From positions 35,559,633-35,623,632 of the forward strand of contig NC_069001.1 in NCBI RefSeq assembly GCF_001194135.2: DNA of 64,000 nt, written 5' to 3'. Shown here one piece after another: positions 62,577 to 64,000 of this stretch. Below the pieces are notes generated by a model. It saw nothing but the letters and a program-made list of their open reading frames with translations. It was not told where the DNA came from and made no database searches. Position 1 is the stretch's first letter, and every line of letters starts with the position of its first letter. The position numbers were made by a program, and so were the translations under genes. The DNA comes from Octopus bimaculoides (taxonomy: Eukaryota).

Positions 62577-63471
62577 NNNNNNNNNNNNNNNNNNNNNNNN
62601 NNNNNNNNNNNNNNNNNNNNNNNNNNNNNNNNNNNNNNNNNNNNNNNNNNNNNNNNNNNNNNNNNNNNNNNNNNNNNNNNNNNNNNNNNNNNNNNNNNNN
62701 NNNNNNNNNNNNNNNNNNNNNNNNNNNNNNNNNNNNNNNNNNNNNNNNNNNNNNNNNNNNNNNNNNNNNNNNNNNNNNNNNNNNNNNNNNNNNNNNNNNN
62801 NNNNNNNNNNNNNNNNNNNNNNNNNNNNNNNNNNNNNNNNNNNNNNNNNNNNNNNNNNNNNNNNNNNNNNNNNNNNNNNNNNNNNNNNNNNNNNNNNNNN
62901 NNNNNNNNNNNNNNNNNNNNNNNNNNNNNNNNNNNNNNNNNNNNNNNNNNNNNNNNNNNNNNNNNNNNNNNNNNNNNNNNNNNNNNNNNNNNNNNNNNNN
63001 NNNNNNNNNNNNNNNNNNNNNNNNNNNNNNNNNNNNNNNNNNNNNNNNNNNNNNNNNNNNNNNNNNNNNNNNNNNNNNNNNNNNNNNNNNNNNNNNNNNN
63101 NNNNNNNNNNNNNNNNNNNNNNNNNNNNNNNNNNNNNNNNNNNNNNNNNNNNNNNNNNNNNNNNNNNNNNNNNNNNNNNNNNNNNNNNNNNNNNNNNNNN
63201 NNNNNNNNNNNNNNNNNNNNNNNNNNNNNNNNNNNNNNNNNNNNNNNNNNNNNNNNNNNNNNNNNNNNNNNNNNNNNNNNNNNNNNNNNNNNNNNNNNNN
63301 NNNNNNNNNNNNNNNNNNNNNNNNNNNNNNNNNNNNNNNNNNNNNNNNNNNNNNNNNNNNNNNNNNNNNNNNNNNNNNNNNNNNNNNNNNNNNNNNNNNN
63401 NNNNNNNNNNNNNNNNNNNNNNNNNNNNNNNNNNNNNNNNNNNNNNNNNNNNNNNNNNNNNNNNNNNNNNN

Positions 63472-63516
<45 letters not shown>

Positions 63517-63518
<2 letters not shown>

Positions 63519-63625
63519 TGAGTGAGAGAGCAGTGCATGCCATCAGAGTGACACTGGGGTAAAATATACAAAGCCCAATATACCCATCATGACTACCCGT
63601 CTGATAAGGGTACACCAGGCACATG
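63517..63625. mobile_element. Fragment of another interspersed repeat (family H)
   Basis: actgagtgagagagcagtgcatgccatc...gactacccgtctgataagggtacaccaggcacatgc, recalled as a common octopus repeat; single copy here. Confidence 0.55.
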
Positions 63626-63659
63626 CAGCAACCTTAGCATGGAGATTACTCAACAACAA

Positions 63660-64000
63660 GTATACATATGTCAACTCTAACATGTAGACCAGACAGCAAC
63701 ATGTGGTCATGTATCAGTTGTAGTATTTAGACTGACAACATGTTGGCATGTATCATCTCTAACATGTTGACTGCACAGTGACATGTAGGCATGTATCCTC
63801 TTTACATGAAGACAGCATAGTGAACATATTGATATGTATTGTTTTCATCATGTAGAGCACACAGTAACATGTAGATATGTATCAATGCAAACATGTATAC
63901 TAATGTAACATGCATTTTTATATTACACAACATGGAGGTATATATATAAACTCAAACATGTAGATTATACAGCAACATGTAGACATGTATTAGTTTAGTG
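63660..64000. repeat. Degenerate ~43-bp minisatellite built on ACATGT palindromes
   Basis: Units approximating aacatgtagactgcacagtaacatgtagacatgtatcatctct. Confidence 0.75.

Overview
AT-rich, microsatellite-saturated eukaryotic DNA with about 19 N-gaps. I infer a cephalopod (Octopus-like) genome from recognisable octopus-type tRNA-derived SINE families. No complete protein-coding gene is present: almost every ORF in the supplied track is translated microsatellite or N-run. The window holds at least six short retroposon families (working labels A-E, H), two piggyBac-like TTAA MITE families (F, G), and decayed LINE relics (Tx1/L1-like, CRE-like, possibly a second RLE type). One convincing collagen-type (Gly-X-Y) exon lies at 19043-19113, plus a few weak exon candidates. 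The most notable result is three sequence-unrelated minimal type I hammerhead ribozyme motifs on the minus strand (11065-11155, 31870-31915, 51190-51255) and one truncated relic on the plus strand (15244-15315). Each has a different palindromic stem III, implying dimer-dependent cleavage of the Penelope/retrozyme type. One of them sits inside a 165-bp TA-flanked terminal-inverted-repeat cassette. Boundaries of degenerate repeats are approximate (about +/-20 bp). Family names come from memory of consensus motifs, not from database searches.
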